Shown here piece after piece: positions 32,400 through 57,990 of a stretch of DNA of 64,000 bases. Position numbers and translations under genes: made by a program. The notes under the pieces were generated by a model. That model ran no database searches, was not told the origin of the DNA, and worked only from the letters and a program-made list of their open reading frames with translations. This DNA comes from the human T2T-CHM13v2.0 reference genome, Homo sapiens: assembly GCF_009914755.1 (NCBI RefSeq), contig NC_060935.1. One strand, 5' to 3'. Numbering within the stretch: position 1 is the stretch's first letter; every line of letters starts with the position of its first letter.

Positions 32400-35044
32400 T
32401 AGAAGGCATTTATGTAATGAACTGACATCCTTGGAGTGAGCTTTCAGTTTAGTATAAATAGGTAAGGGTTTGGATTCTCTGATCATCTTCTTGGTCTGTT
32501 CACTTCCATCCAGAAGGCCTGGGTCTGGATTGGCACCATGGATCTGGTTGAGACAAACAATAAGGCAAGGGCTTGTATGTTCTTTCTTTCACTTTATCGT
32601 ACTTCATAGCCAGTACATAGTAGTGTTTTATTATGTTATGTTATTTCCTCTATTTTAATTTCTTCTCAAATCCAGGGGCCAGTTGTTTGGGCAGATGTTT
32701 ACTAGGGACTCTAATCACCTGCTCTTCACCCAAGGAAAGGCAGTCTCTGAAGTCTCATTTCTATTATCTAAAAGCTAGTTCTGCATTTTCCCTTCCTGCA
32801 AGCAAGGAATGGTTTTCTTTTGACGTTTCCAGCTATGGTTTGCTTTGAACTGACTTCTTTGTTGTATTGGGGTGTGTGCTCAGTTAATGAGTAATGAACA
32901 CGATTGGATTCTTCTTTCCTTGGGTAGATACTGGCCAGAATTATTCTTTACCTATGCTGTACCAGTTAATAAAGGACTCCTCAGTTTGTGCTTTCTCATA
33001 ATTCACCAAATCTAGCAAATCTAGTATCTTTAATTTGGTTTATTATTACCATTAAATATTAGCTGTATGCCCACATTTTGCTAACATGTGGCACTTTGTA
33101 GAACTGTTAGGGGACTACCCAGAGAGAGTGCAGTGGTGGTGTGTTTTGGGGTTGTGGAAGAGGGCTGGAATGTAGTCACTGCCCTCCAGAAGTCCCTTTG
33201 TCATATATAATACAGAAAAGCCTTTTTCTTGTCCCCTCCACACCCCATCCCCCGCATCCCATCAAGCTGCTTAGGGTGAGGGGAAACACCATGAGAGAGG
33301 AATGGCAATAGTGAATGTGTTTTGATTACTCTTTACCATCCTCTTCCCTCAATAGTTTGAACTTTCCTTAGAAACAATTTCTAAGAGGGAATTTCTTAAG
33401 TGAGTACTAGGAAAGTTGGCAAATTTTGGAAACAGTGTTTAGTGTCTGTGGTTGCTGTTCTGCATTTCAGGGCGCCTTGCCTACAGATTAATCCCAGCTG
33501 GCCACTCTTCTACAGCACTTGCTCAGGAACAGGTTGTATTGACTCCTTCATTTGAGATTCGGTGAAATTCGCAAGTACCTCTGGAATCATTTGATGAACC
33601 TCTTTGGAGCGTTAGTGATGCAACTTAATGTCTTTGGCAGGGACATTTCTTCTCACATCTTATTGATACTGGGTTTGAGGAGCAGGCTGACTTCTGGTTG
33701 TGTAGTCAGCTCTCGGTTTTTTTCTACTAATGGAGAAGGGAGGCATTATAGGGAATGGAAAATTCAAGTTGCAAAGCATTAAAAACAATTTAAAATTATG
33801 TTTCATTTAAACTAACAATTGCTGTATTTCTGACCAAATAATGTTTACTTCAGGATAATGTTTTCTTGATTTATTTTTATATTACAAGTTGCCACTTTAT
33901 AAATTCTACAGATCATGGAAAGTAGTTTAAAAGAGTGATCTTCAGATTTTTAAATTTAAAGTCTATTCTTAATTTTCTTTTATATATATGTATATATATA
34001 TTTATATACACACACTTTGCACTGTAAGATATTGAGTTTATGACATTAAGGACTCTGGCCCTTCAGTTCTTGAAAATTTAGTGCTTATAAAATTGTGAGG
34101 ACTATATTCTAATCATTTTCAGTCAGTGAAAAACCTATATACTTTATGAAGCACGCAGGAAACATCTCCTTTTCTGCTTAGTTCCCCTAAAAATGTGGAT
34201 CAGATCCATCTCCTGGGCCTAGTCAGTATTGATTGAGTGTATACCCAGGGCATCGTGCTAAAGTGTCACCCAAGCTCTGCCCTCCAGGGGAAGAAGAGCT
34301 AGCCATTCCTTTTACTGTGCATGCATATGTATATAGCTCACCTATATCCAGAAAACTTAGTTTACAAATGGACTGCTTTTTAGGGAAGGAGTGGACACAA
34401 AAGTTCAACTTCAGAGAGGAAAACTAAGAGCAATGCCAAATTAACTGAAATCTTCTGTTTTGAAAGAGGTCTTTTAATTTAAAAAAAGCTAGTTCTTGGA
34501 AAAAGCACAATAATCAAAACCAAATGTACCTCATTAGAAAGTTCACGTGAGATAATTTGGGATTTGCAAAATTAGTTTTAATCAATTGTGAAGGACAGCA
34601 AGACTATTTTTACCTGTGCCAGGTAGAAATAGTATGTATCTAAAGTCAGAACCATTAGTGTCGGGGCAAGTATAGATACTCATTCTCTGTAGTTGGGTCA
34701 GTTGTCTTCCTTATATGTTCGCCTTAGCTAAAATGGCAGAGAGAAATCCTTGTTGCATCATAACAAGGACATTGTCAAAGTACACTGAACTCATGAATTA
34801 GACAAATAGCAGCATTGTATCTTCTTTTTCTGGGCCTGATTTTGAGGTATACTGCACTTCCTAAGGGTGATTTCAGAGCTAGCTTGCAGGTGGAGCTCCA
34901 CCTGCTGATACTTGTGAGGGATAGCTCAGTAAGCACTCCTTCAGCTAGCATGTTTCCCACTAACATTCACACTGATACTCCAGCCTAGAGAAAGACCTTT
35001 GGGTTACACCAGTCTCCAGAAAGCCTTCATTTAAATGCAACTAG

Positions 35045-35348
35045 GGAGAGGCGTGGTGGCTCACCACCTGTAGTCCCAGCACCTTGGGAGGCCAAGGTGG
35101 GCAGATTGCTTGAGCCCAGGAGTTCAAGACCAGCCTGGGAAATATGATGAAATCCCATCTCTGCAAAAAATACAAAAATTAGCCATGTGTGGTGGTGCAT
35201 GCCTGTAGTCCTTGTATGCTTGGGAGGCTGAAGTGGGAGGATTACCTGAGCCTGGGGTTTCGAGGCTGCAGTGAGCTGTGATCATGCCACTGTACTCCAG
35301 CCTCAGTGACAGGGTGAGACCCTATTTCAAAAAAGAAAAATAAAAATA
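35045..35348 (+). mobile_element. Alu (AluJ-like)
   Basis: Sense Alu. Confidence 0.88.
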
Positions 35349-35719
35349 ATACTACCAGGTTGCATGGGGGAGGAATGAGGTAATTGTAAAATGAAGGTTT
35401 CAGGGAAAAGCCTGGGCAAGCAGCTCTTGGCCTGGGAAAGGCAGGCCCAGGAACAGATTTCAGAGTTGTCCCAACAAGTTGGGTGAAATCTGTTTCTATT
35501 TGCTTCATTTTCTTTTTCTCTCCTACTCCTCACTACTTAGAAGGGGATTTGAGGGACCCATTTAGATCCTTTTCTCACTGTCTCGCCCTCTCTCTGATGG
35601 TGGTATTGAGGATAAGACAGTATTTGTCATCTGTAATTAACTGTACTGCATTTGTAAGGCAAGTTGTGCTGTACTTGATTTTTATGTTTCTTTCAAGATT
35701 TCTGCCCTTTGCCTCCTGT

Positions 35720-36032
<313 letters not shown>

Positions 36033-37926
36033 TGCTTCCTTTATTTTTCTAACCTCATCATTTTCTGCTTTGCTCAGTGGAGATTTTCCAATAATGTCAC
36101 CCAAAATATACTTTTAAGTCAATGTGTGCTATTTTTTAAGTCACTTCTGACTTTAATGTTAGACCTCTCCTTTGATGAAAGTTAAATCTCATGACATGGG
36201 AGAGTGACATTATATCTTTAATTAAGATGTTAAATTCTTCTCAAATTCTGTTTCTGATTAGAAAAGTACTTTGAGGTGAATCCCCCTTTCCTCCTTAAAA
36301 AAAAAATAGTGGTCAGTTCCTATCTCTAGGTCTTCAGTGAAATGATCCCATTTTTCTGATCCAAACAAGTTTCTGTGGCTCATCTGCTCTGCAGAGCCCT
36401 GTGTCTTCTGAGGAACGATTGCTTTCTGCATAACATACAGTGTTCTTCGCTGCTTTCCACCCACAGAGCCTTTCTTGCTGAGGAGGAGGTGTGATATAGG
36501 AAAATTATGAGGGCTTTTCAAACTCGCTTGCATTGATGGCCCAGATGGTGAGGAAAATCCCTTGGGGAGCTAAAAATTGAATGGGTTATAGCAGATTTTT
36601 AAAATCCCTAATTAGACTCTCCTTCTCTTTAAGACCACTTTTGAGTTACCACTGTATTTATATATCTGAGTCCTGTTTCCCAACTGCTAGTGAGCTCCTT
36701 GAGGGCATCCTTGGGTCTGTACACCACTGAAATCTCAGCACCTAGAAAGCAGTTCTCTAATAGTGGCTGATACCATGTGAATGCATTCTCTGCATCAGGT
36801 CCTGTACTCAGCACTTTACGTATGCTCTCTTACTCTTACAACTGGAGGAGAAAGGTATTATAATTATCCCCATCGTATGGATGAGAAAACAGAAAGATTG
36901 GTGAACATCCAAGCCAGAAACACTTGATAAGCAGTAGAGATAGACTTCAAACTCAGATGTTCTAGAGTTTCAGCTCTTAACCACTATATTGTACTGCTTC
37001 CTTACTAGACAAACACTTAGTTTTAAAGTAAATATTTTTTGAGTAAAAAAGTGAATGAAGTAAAGTTAACTAAAGTTAATTTCCTGAAATCACAGTGATG
37101 TTTATGTCTTCTTTCAATAAACCATTCTCGGTATAAGTGGTCAGCCAGGATACATGTTGCTGTGCCTGGTGCTCCTTGTAACTCAGGAAGATATTGCCCC
37201 ATTCTAAACAGCCAGCATGGGGTAACAGTGTAAGCACTGTGAACATTTCTTCTCTGTTCTTACCCATCTTCAAACAGAAACAACCAGGAGCAGTTTAACA
37301 GTGATACTTGAGTTATGAACTTCATACATATTGCTTAATTGTAATGGCAAATTAATGTGTTAACATTTATAGAATGGTACTGTCATTGAAGTTTGAATTT
37401 AAATGTGGGTTTTAACCCAGTTCTATAATAATTGCTGTGCTCTGGGAAACACTGAATCTTTTCAAGGAGGACAGCTATTTAACTATAAGTAGAGTCATTT
37501 GAAATGCAGAAGACCAGAATATTTATTCAAAGAGTGGTAGCAAAGAAGTGAGATGAGAACTGAGGTGGAGTGTTCTTTCCATCCTAGTGGAGAGAACACA
37601 GAGCTGTGAGTCAGGGTATCTGGAATCTAAGCATGTCTCCAGGCTTAAGTTTCTATTGTGAGTTTAGCTAAGGCATTCCTGTTGTTAATACTATTGCTCT
37701 AATACCAAAAAGTGTCCACTAGAAAATAGAGTAACCTTTGTGCCTTTGTAATGATAGTGTTCTTTTGGTATAATACTCTACTACCACAAGTATTGCCTTT
37801 TATCATCTTAAAAACAAATCTGATCATATTTCTCCCCTTATTTATTCTTTTTCCTCCAGTTTTTATCGAGTGCTAGCTATGTGCCAGGAATTTATAAGTC
37901 CTTTATGTGTGATAACTCATTTATAA

Positions 37927-38186
37927 GCTCATGCCTGTAATCCTAGTATTTTGGGGGGCCGAGTTGAGAGGATTGCCTGAGGTCAGGAGTTTGAGACTAG
38001 CTTGGGCAAGATAGCAAGACCGCATTTTTACAAAAAATTTAAAAATTAGGTGTGGGGTACACATCTGTATTCCCAAGAGTCTGAGGTGGGAGAATTGCTT
38101 GAGCACAGGAGTTTGAGGCTACAGGGAGTTGTGATCATGCCACTGCAATCCAGCCTGGGTGACAAAGTGAGACCCTGTCTGTAAAA
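37927..38186 (+). mobile_element. Alu (AluJ-like) within a MIR
   Basis: Diverged Alu; MIR core gatgagaaaactgaggcacag follows near 38252. Confidence 0.8.
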
Positions 38187-38329
38187 ATTATAGTAACCTA
38201 TTTAATTATCTCAGCCACCTTACGAAGTAGGCACTAATTTAGACATTTCATAGATGAGAAAACTGAGGCACAGTAACATACCCAACGTAGCATGGTAAGG
38301 GATGGAGTTCATATAAAACCCAGACAGTT

Positions 38330-47010
<8,681 letters not shown>

Positions 47011-47185
47011 CCAAAACCAAAAAATTGGGCTCTGATGTGTGGCCATGTGAATGAGTGATCTGGTGAAAAAGGATACACTAGCTCTGTACCAAATCCCTGA
47101 CTCCCAAAACTGGACATAGATATGGAGGTATTCTCTCTCTCCCTCTGTGAGAAGCTTAGGGTATAAGAATATATGGCTCATATGA

Positions 47186-47539
<354 letters not shown>

Positions 47540-48170
47540 TAACTATGGAAAAATACCAGTGAAAATCAAGGCATTCATTTTGTGCCATTATGCACAATCA
47601 TAAGGGAAAAGAAAAGAGTCAGTAAAATCCTAGTATTAAAGAGGAAGAAACTCTACTTCTCCTCATACCATTAATTCGATGTTAGGGAAGGATCATTGCA
47701 TGGTATGACAAGAATCAGAGTTTCTCAGCATTCAGTTTTTGGCCCTGTTTTTGAAATTCTGTAGAATGAGACCCTACAATGTACCAAGGAATAAGGAAGA
47801 AAATGGGAAAGCAGGAAAATGGTTAAAATCACAAGGTAAAAGAAAGCTGAAGCTTAGAAAAAAAATTTGCTTTCATTCCATATAAACAATAAAAAGGGAA
47901 TCTCCATTTTCTTTTAGATAATGCCTCTCAATTAACAAAAATTTCATTTTCAGCTTCTGTAGATCCATAAATTAATAAGATACCTACACATCAAATGTCC
48001 CTCAGTTATAATGGAAGCCCAGTGTGCTCACAGGATCCAAACACCTCAGCGATCTGAAGTCCAGCCTCTCCACCTACCACAACCTCCATAATCACACTAA
48101 TTACATTTTTAAAATCAAGGAAGACAGTGGATCTCTAAAAGTGAAAAAAGAAATACCTTCTACTATGTGA

Positions 48171-48512
<342 letters not shown>

Positions 48513-49324
48513 AGTCAATCAATTTAAAATGGGCTGTATACTTGGCATCAGAGATGGAAGTGCAGGTTTCAAGTCACTCTATCTAAATGAAACTACTATG
48601 TGTGTGTGTTCATTATATAAATTATATATGCTGACACAGATATACTTAATTATGTACGATGACACACACACATATTTTGCTAACATTTCCTGCAGTATAT
48701 ACTATGTGTCCACCACCAAGTTCCTTACCAACACTGAACTTTTATTAACATATTCCTCCCAACAATCCTATGAGGTAGGTACTGCAATTACCCCAATTAT
48801 AGACAAGGAAACTCACTCACACAGAGGTCACATGGCTACTAATTGGTACCGGTGGAGGAGATCAACTCAAGTAGCAACTCCAGAGTACATGCTCTTACTC
48901 GTTTTGCCTTGCCCAAACTTAAGATAGCTGCCTTCATGTCGTGTAAGAGGATATGACCTCCAATATGAATGGAGAGGGGTAGAGCATGAAATAGAGCATG
49001 AAAATCTTGTCTCATTTGAGGTCTGAAGCCACAGACCAAAGAGAAAGTTCTATATGCTGTCTTCTGTGTGATGGGCTAGGGCCTGGAGTGGGCTCCAAGT
49101 AATACCCAGCAAGGTCATCAACAGAGCACTCCAGTCCAGTGCACTCTGGGAGAGGGATCACTTGAACCCAAGGGCTAGCATCTCGGTCACTTGAATCTTC
49201 AGTACCTAGCATGGTAATTGGCATATATTAAGGGATCATAAATGTTTTACTCAATGAATTTCAACAAATGAATCTTTTACAGAGTAGTAATTGACAATGT
49301 GGGTTCTGGGACTGGACTGTCTGG

Positions 49325-51620
<2,296 letters not shown>

Positions 51621-51634
51621 ATTAGCTATAACTT

Positions 51635-53100
51635 ATGACCTTGATATATTTAAAGAGTAGTGGTTAGGTGTTTTGCAGAAAGTCTTCAATTTGAGTTTAT
51701 CTGATGTTTTCTCATGATTAGACTTGGTTTACAGATTGGGGGAGGGGGTCAGGTGCTGTGCGGCTAATGCCTGTAATCCCAGCACTTTTGGAGAATGAGG
51801 TGGGAAGATTACTTGAGCCCAGGAGTTTGAGACCAGCCTGGGTAACATGTGAGATCCTGTCTCTTAAAAAAAAAAATTAGCAAGGCATAGTGGCACACAC
51901 CTGTAGTCCCAGCTACTCAGAAAGCCAAGGTGGGAAGATGGTTTGAGTCCAGGAGTTTGAGGCTGCAGTAAGCCATGATTGCGCCACTACACTCAAGCCT
52001 GGGTGACAGAATGAGACCGTGTCTCAAAATAAATAAATAAAAAATTGGAGGAGGGGATAGATACCATAAAAGTGCAGTGCCCTTCTCATCATATCAAAGG
52101 GTATATAATATCATCATGACATGTTGCTGGTATTGCTACCCTGATCACTAGGTTTAGGTGGTGTCTACAAGGTTTCTCCACTGTAAAGTTAGTATGTTTC
52201 TTTTTCCCTTTCTATTTTTTAGGAGTTCAGCCCACACTCAAGGAGATGGAAATTAAGCTTCACTTCCTGGAGGGAGGAGAATCAGATAATTTGTGGATGT
52301 ATGCTAAAATTACCATAATAATTAATAAATATTTCGGTGGATAAGATGTTATGAGGCTATTCAAGTATTCTGATAAAGTTTTTTCATGAATATTGGCAGT
52401 CATTAGTGGATGTTCCCTATAGCAGTTATTACTATGGTGTTCTAATGATTATTTCCTATTTCCCTTATTCTTTCTACATTTGTTCATTGTAATTCTCCTG
52501 TAAAGAAAATTTGGCCTCTGTCTCTCATTTATTTGCTTATTCATCATTTATGCATATTAGTGTGGATTTATGCGTATTGTATTCTTTGTATTATAATCCA
52601 ATAGTATCATAATTTTTTTTCTTAAAATCTTCCAGCTTTGGCCACTGGAAGCTCTTTCAGGTGGCTGGGATTTTTTGTCGTTGTTTGTTTTTTAGCACTT
52701 TCTTGCTCTCTGACACTATAGGGTGCTCCAGGCTTATCTTGTATTTTCCCTGTCCTAGAATCAGCCATTTTTCAGGGAGCCCTGATTCTTTTTACTAGAG
52801 AATGGTATATGGGAAACTAGACCTGGGTACTAGAAATGCTTTTGGTTATCAGGTGTCACTGCTTCTAGGCTCTCGGTGAACAGGGCTAGGAGATACATGT
52901 ATTTATATCCACGTATACACACATATCTATACTATTTCTCTATTTGTATCTATGTTAAAATAAACATTAGTTTATAGTGGTATGTCTGACTCAAATTCAG
53001 CACTACAGGGTTAATTCTAGCATTTTCCCCTTGCATATTCATTCTTTGATGTGAGAAACTTGGCTGTCATTACCTACAACGTATTTATAGTTATTTGTTT
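51635..53100 (-). mobile_element. Old L1 (MB/MC-type) 3'UTR with nested AluJ (51748-52043, +)
   Basis: Motifs tttatctgatgttttctcatgattagac and tagaatcagccattt. Confidence 0.6.
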
Positions 53101-53159
53101 AACCAAGACAAGGATATCTGCTCACACCATTTCTACTCAACACCATATTGGAGGTTCTA

Positions 53160-53571
<412 letters not shown>

Positions 53572-55101
53572 TTATTAGAGAGAAATATTTGGTAGTTTGC
53601 AGTCTGTTCTACCTCAGGAGAGACTGCAGTAAAACTGATGTGAACATCTCAGAATTCAACTGTTTTGTAAATACCACCACCCCTTCCACTTTCCTTCAGC
53701 ATCCCAGTTACCACTGGAATATTTTATAGCATATTTATTTTTCCTTTAACATGTTAAACCTAAAGCCCAGGTTTTGCAGCTTGAATATGTTTCCTCTTGT
53801 TGATATGACAGTGGGATATGACAGTGGAGTAAAACAAAGCAAACGAATAACTGGTCCCTGTCTTCCATGCAATGGTCTTTGATAGGTGAGATTCCCTTAT
53901 ATTTTCAAGTTCGGTTCCTGAAGTAGCTCATCCATTCAGATTCTGAAGAAGGGTGATCACTCCTGCACTGTCTTCAAGATAACAGTGAAGGCTAGTTCCA
54001 TGTACCTCCGAAGGGTACTGTGAGCCCTAAAGAGGCTATACTGGATGGGGGTTAATGCAGAATGTCTGCAGTTGGAATGCAGGTGTAACTTTGAATTATT
54101 TTTTTGTAGCATATGAGAGCACACATTCCTCTCTTGGAATTCTGATACCAGAATCTGTAATCACATGCAAATAGTGTTTATGGGACTGGGCTCACACAGA
54201 AAGTAGCTTCATGCCAAGGTCTTATGCTCAGGGCAAATATTAGGGATAATGTATTTCCAAATGAGTTATTTTACTGAACAAGAATATGCCTTGACACATG
54301 TTCTGTGTTTAGTCATACACATTTGTCATGCCTCAGTACCTCTAAGATGGGTCTCATGGCAACAGGCAGGAGGATTTTATGTGTTCATCTGTGCTTTAGA
54401 GCCAAGAATATTTTATAATTGGTCTGACTGGTCTGCAGTTAGAAAAAGTAACAGTGCCAGGCTCATGCAAAGATGGTGACCCTCCCTCCACCCATCATTT
54501 TTATATTTCCATTATTTCAGTGTAGAACTGAGCCCATGGTGAGTCAAGCCAAGTGCTGTACAGTTCCATCTCCTTTGCACAGGTTCTCCCTGAGTTACTG
54601 AAAACACTGGGAAGTCATTGCACCACTACAATGGAAGTGGTGCTGTCCTTCAGGCTATTCTCACTTCCTCCTCTCTGTCCTCTCTTTGTCTCTGGCCTCC
54701 CCCTGCCTGTCTCCCACCAACCCCAACCTTGTCTGCTCTGCTGCCTTCACCCTGCCTTTACTCTTCCTCCTCTCTCCCTGCCACCACTCCTTCTTTGATA
54801 TTTTATCCACGTTTTTACTTGGTGGTTTGATGGTGAAAGTGTATATAAGACCCAGCCATTCCCTTTCTCTTTTGTCTTTCCTCATAGCTTCGATTAACAT
54901 GGCAATAATTTCCTCCCCATGATAATCCTGGACTTTCCACTTATGCTTTAAAAGCCTTTCAATTGGAGATGAGAGCGGGGTTGGTTAACGGTCTTTCCAG
55001 GTTAGCCGTTTCTTCAAACACTTCTATTTAAGGTGGCTGCTAGGTGGAGTTTTACTCTGGTGTTATCTGACTGGATTAATCAGATTTGTGCTCAAGAAAT
55101 C

Positions 55102-55357
55102 TTTTTTTTTTTTTTTTTGATACAGAGTCTTGCTTTTGTTGCTCAGGCTGGAATGCAGTGGCATGATCTCAACTCACTGCAGCCTTTACCTCCTGGGTTC
55201 AAGCAAGCACATCGGCTAATTTTTGTATTTTTTTTTTTAGTAGAGACAGGGTTCCGCCATGTTGGCCAGGCTGGTCTCAAACTCCTGATCTCAAGTGATC
55301 TGCCCTCCTCAGTCTCCCAAAGTGCTGGGATCACAGGCATGAGTCAGCACGACTGGC
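55102..55357 (-). mobile_element. Alu with internal deletion
   Basis: TSD aagaa(a/g)tcttt. Confidence 0.88.
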
Positions 55358-55589
55358 AAGAAGTCTTTGGTGGTTTGGGTTTGGAAATGATAGAATCAAA
55401 TAGAAAGAAAAGATTGTACACTCAAAGAAATAGCACCTGCTTTGAGGTCTTCCTGCTGGCTTAACCCTGGGGTGTTACATGGTACTGCTCTGACTCAGCT
55501 TTTAGGATCGCCACTGGAAGAGCTTTTCATATAATGTCTATACAGTGAAATGACTTAAGATTTTTCTTTTAAGAAGTGCCATTGCCAGA

Positions 55590-55942
55590 GTATTAGTGTT
55601 TAGGATTCTCCAGAGAAACAGAACTATTAGGAGATAGAGAGATAGAGATGTATTATAAGGAATTGACTCACACGATTAAGAAAGCTGGTGAGTTCAGAAT
55701 CTGCAGTATGGGCTAGCAGGCTGGAGACCCAGGAGAGTCGACGATGCCAGTGAAGTCTGCAGGGCAGTCTGCTGGAGGAGTTTCCTCTTGGAGAGGAGGC
55801 CAGTCTTTGTGTTTTATTTAAATGATCAGGTGAGGCCCGCCCTCATTATGGAGGGCAGTCTGCTTTACTGAAAGTTCACAAATTTAAATGTTAATCTCAT
55901 CTAAAAAACCCTCCAAGTTGACACATAAAATTAACCCTCACA
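55590..55942 (-). mobile_element. MLT2-family (ERVL) LTR
   Basis: gtattag...ttctccagagaaacagaac...caagttgacacataaaattaacc.tcaca. Confidence 0.75.
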
Positions 55943-57941
55943 GCTAGGTTTATTTGGAATTCCATGATACTTGGTTGGGTCTTTTTGTACTTTCATTTTC
56001 AATGGTCTGTTTTGTATATAACCATTTAGTTAAGCCAGGTCACAAAATATAACCAGGACTTCAGCTGGCTGTGCTCTTGTCAGAACCCATATTTGATCGA
56101 TTTACTATATACTTTGCTGTGTGTATGGGTGAGTGGGTCTGTAAAATGCTGATATGTGTTCTTTATCCACCCCCACCTCCCACCCCCCATTTTCTCTTAA
56201 ATTCCTTAAAAAATTGGTGAAGGAACTAAGACATTGCTGCAAAGATGCTATTTTATGGGATATATTCTTCTCTAGGGTAGACTCTGCGAAGCAGCTGTAC
56301 AGCAGCGGTCTGCTGTGAAGGGTAAACATGTAGCCTTTCTCCACTAGAAAGCCTGCGCTGCCGTTGTATGTTTAGGCTTGAGCCTCAGCGGCTAGTGCAG
56401 CCTCGCAGTAATGCATGCTGACGTGAGTCCTGGTCAAGGAAAAATGTCTTTTGAGCAAGAGACAAACTGGACAGAATGCCAGCAAGCTAAATATAACTCC
56501 TTAGAGAGCCAGACATGCATAAACTAGTTCTTAGTGAGCAACACATCAGATTCAGAGTGGAAACATTTTCTAAAAGAACTTCTTTTCCTTCTTGGCTTAC
56601 TGTAATGAGTATAAACCCAAATTAATTTAATTTTTCGTGGAAAGCTAAGACAACCATTGATTTTTCTCTCAGCATCTCTGCAGTTAAATGTTAGTAGCCA
56701 TTGTTAATGTTGGAAGCCTCCCGTCTCCCAGTGCCCCAGCATTCTGTTCATGAGTCAACAAGTCTGCTCTGCTATTCCGATGAGTTTCACTACCACAAGG
56801 AAAGAGGACGGGGAGTTTGCACATTCAAACCTTGACGAATCTGGGAGTTCAGTTTTTCATGGACCCTCACTCTGCTTCAGGATGCTCACGCCATTATGTG
56901 AAAACTCTTAGCAAAATCCATCAAAATGAGCCAGGCTCTATGGAATCAGGAAATTTGTGGGCTGAGACTAACATTACCTCAATATCTGTTATGGCTTAAA
57001 TGTATTGTTTTAATAATATTTTATGTTAGTTCTTTTTGCCTGAAGCTGTAGAAGCATTTTATAGCCAGTAACTCTTCAGAATAGTACAGGAAAGCAGGCG
57101 TCATCCTCATGCTCAACAATAGAGCTGTGTTTCTGTGCACCAACCGCAGATGCTGGGTCTGGCCCCCACAGAAGGAGTGCCTCAGTAGGGCATCCCAAAT
57201 GGGGCTGTGCATAGCGTCACTCCAGAGGCTGGGGACAGTGCAGATCCAGACCTTTCCCAGCCTGTTGAGTTAGAACTGGGGGACTGTGCTCCAGGGCGTG
57301 AGGAGGTGGGTTGGGAAATGGTATTTTAAACAAGCGAAGTGATTGTCATATAACTTGTCTGGCATCAGATCCGCAGACTCTGGCAGAGTTTCCAGAAGGT
57401 CTCTCAAAACTGAAATAAGAAACTGCAGTTGTTGTCCACAGCTGCTAAAATTGTTCCAAATTAGGAAAGGGAAGGGGAAACAGAACACAGTAGTTCCAGA
57501 GAAGAATCTGAGGAGCCGTGTGAGCTAGGAAGGCCATTGTGAACAGAAGCGAGTCAGTATTTCCTCATTTCCTCTCCTGCCTTATCATTCCCATCTGCCA
57601 GCTCCCTCCTTTTTTTTTTTGAGCATGTAAAACATGTTTTGTTGTTCTTTAAAAGGGTTCAGGGTTTGGTTTTAAATCAGGCTGCACACCTTTCAAATCA
57701 TTCTGACATCTCTCTATGTCAAACTGGCTTCAGCTAGCAATACTTCATTAAATCCAAAAGAAAAAGATTCCTTTAATTTTAAGGAAAAAAATCCAGTTTT
57801 GAGAACAATTAACATTAGTCTTTAATTTAAAAGAAAATGAGGGCTAATGTTTCATGTTGCTTTATACATCCTTCTCCTCAATACAGAACCAGGAATGTAA
57901 TTTTCCTAACTTGGGCAGGCACTGATACTGATGGACACTGC

Positions 57942-57952
57942 GTGCATGTGTG

Positions 57953-57987
<35 letters not shown>
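57942..57987. repeat. (TG)/(CG)/(CA)n alternating purine-pyrimidine tract inside the retrocopy 3'UTR
   Basis: gtgcatgtgtgcgcgcgcacacaca... Confidence 0.9.

Positions 57988-57990
<3 letters not shown>

Noticed and set aside
56250-56760. Possible enhancer (TGACGTGA, TGAGTCA, some CpG)
   Set aside because: Short motifs are expected by chance in 64 kb and cannot be supported from sequence alone.
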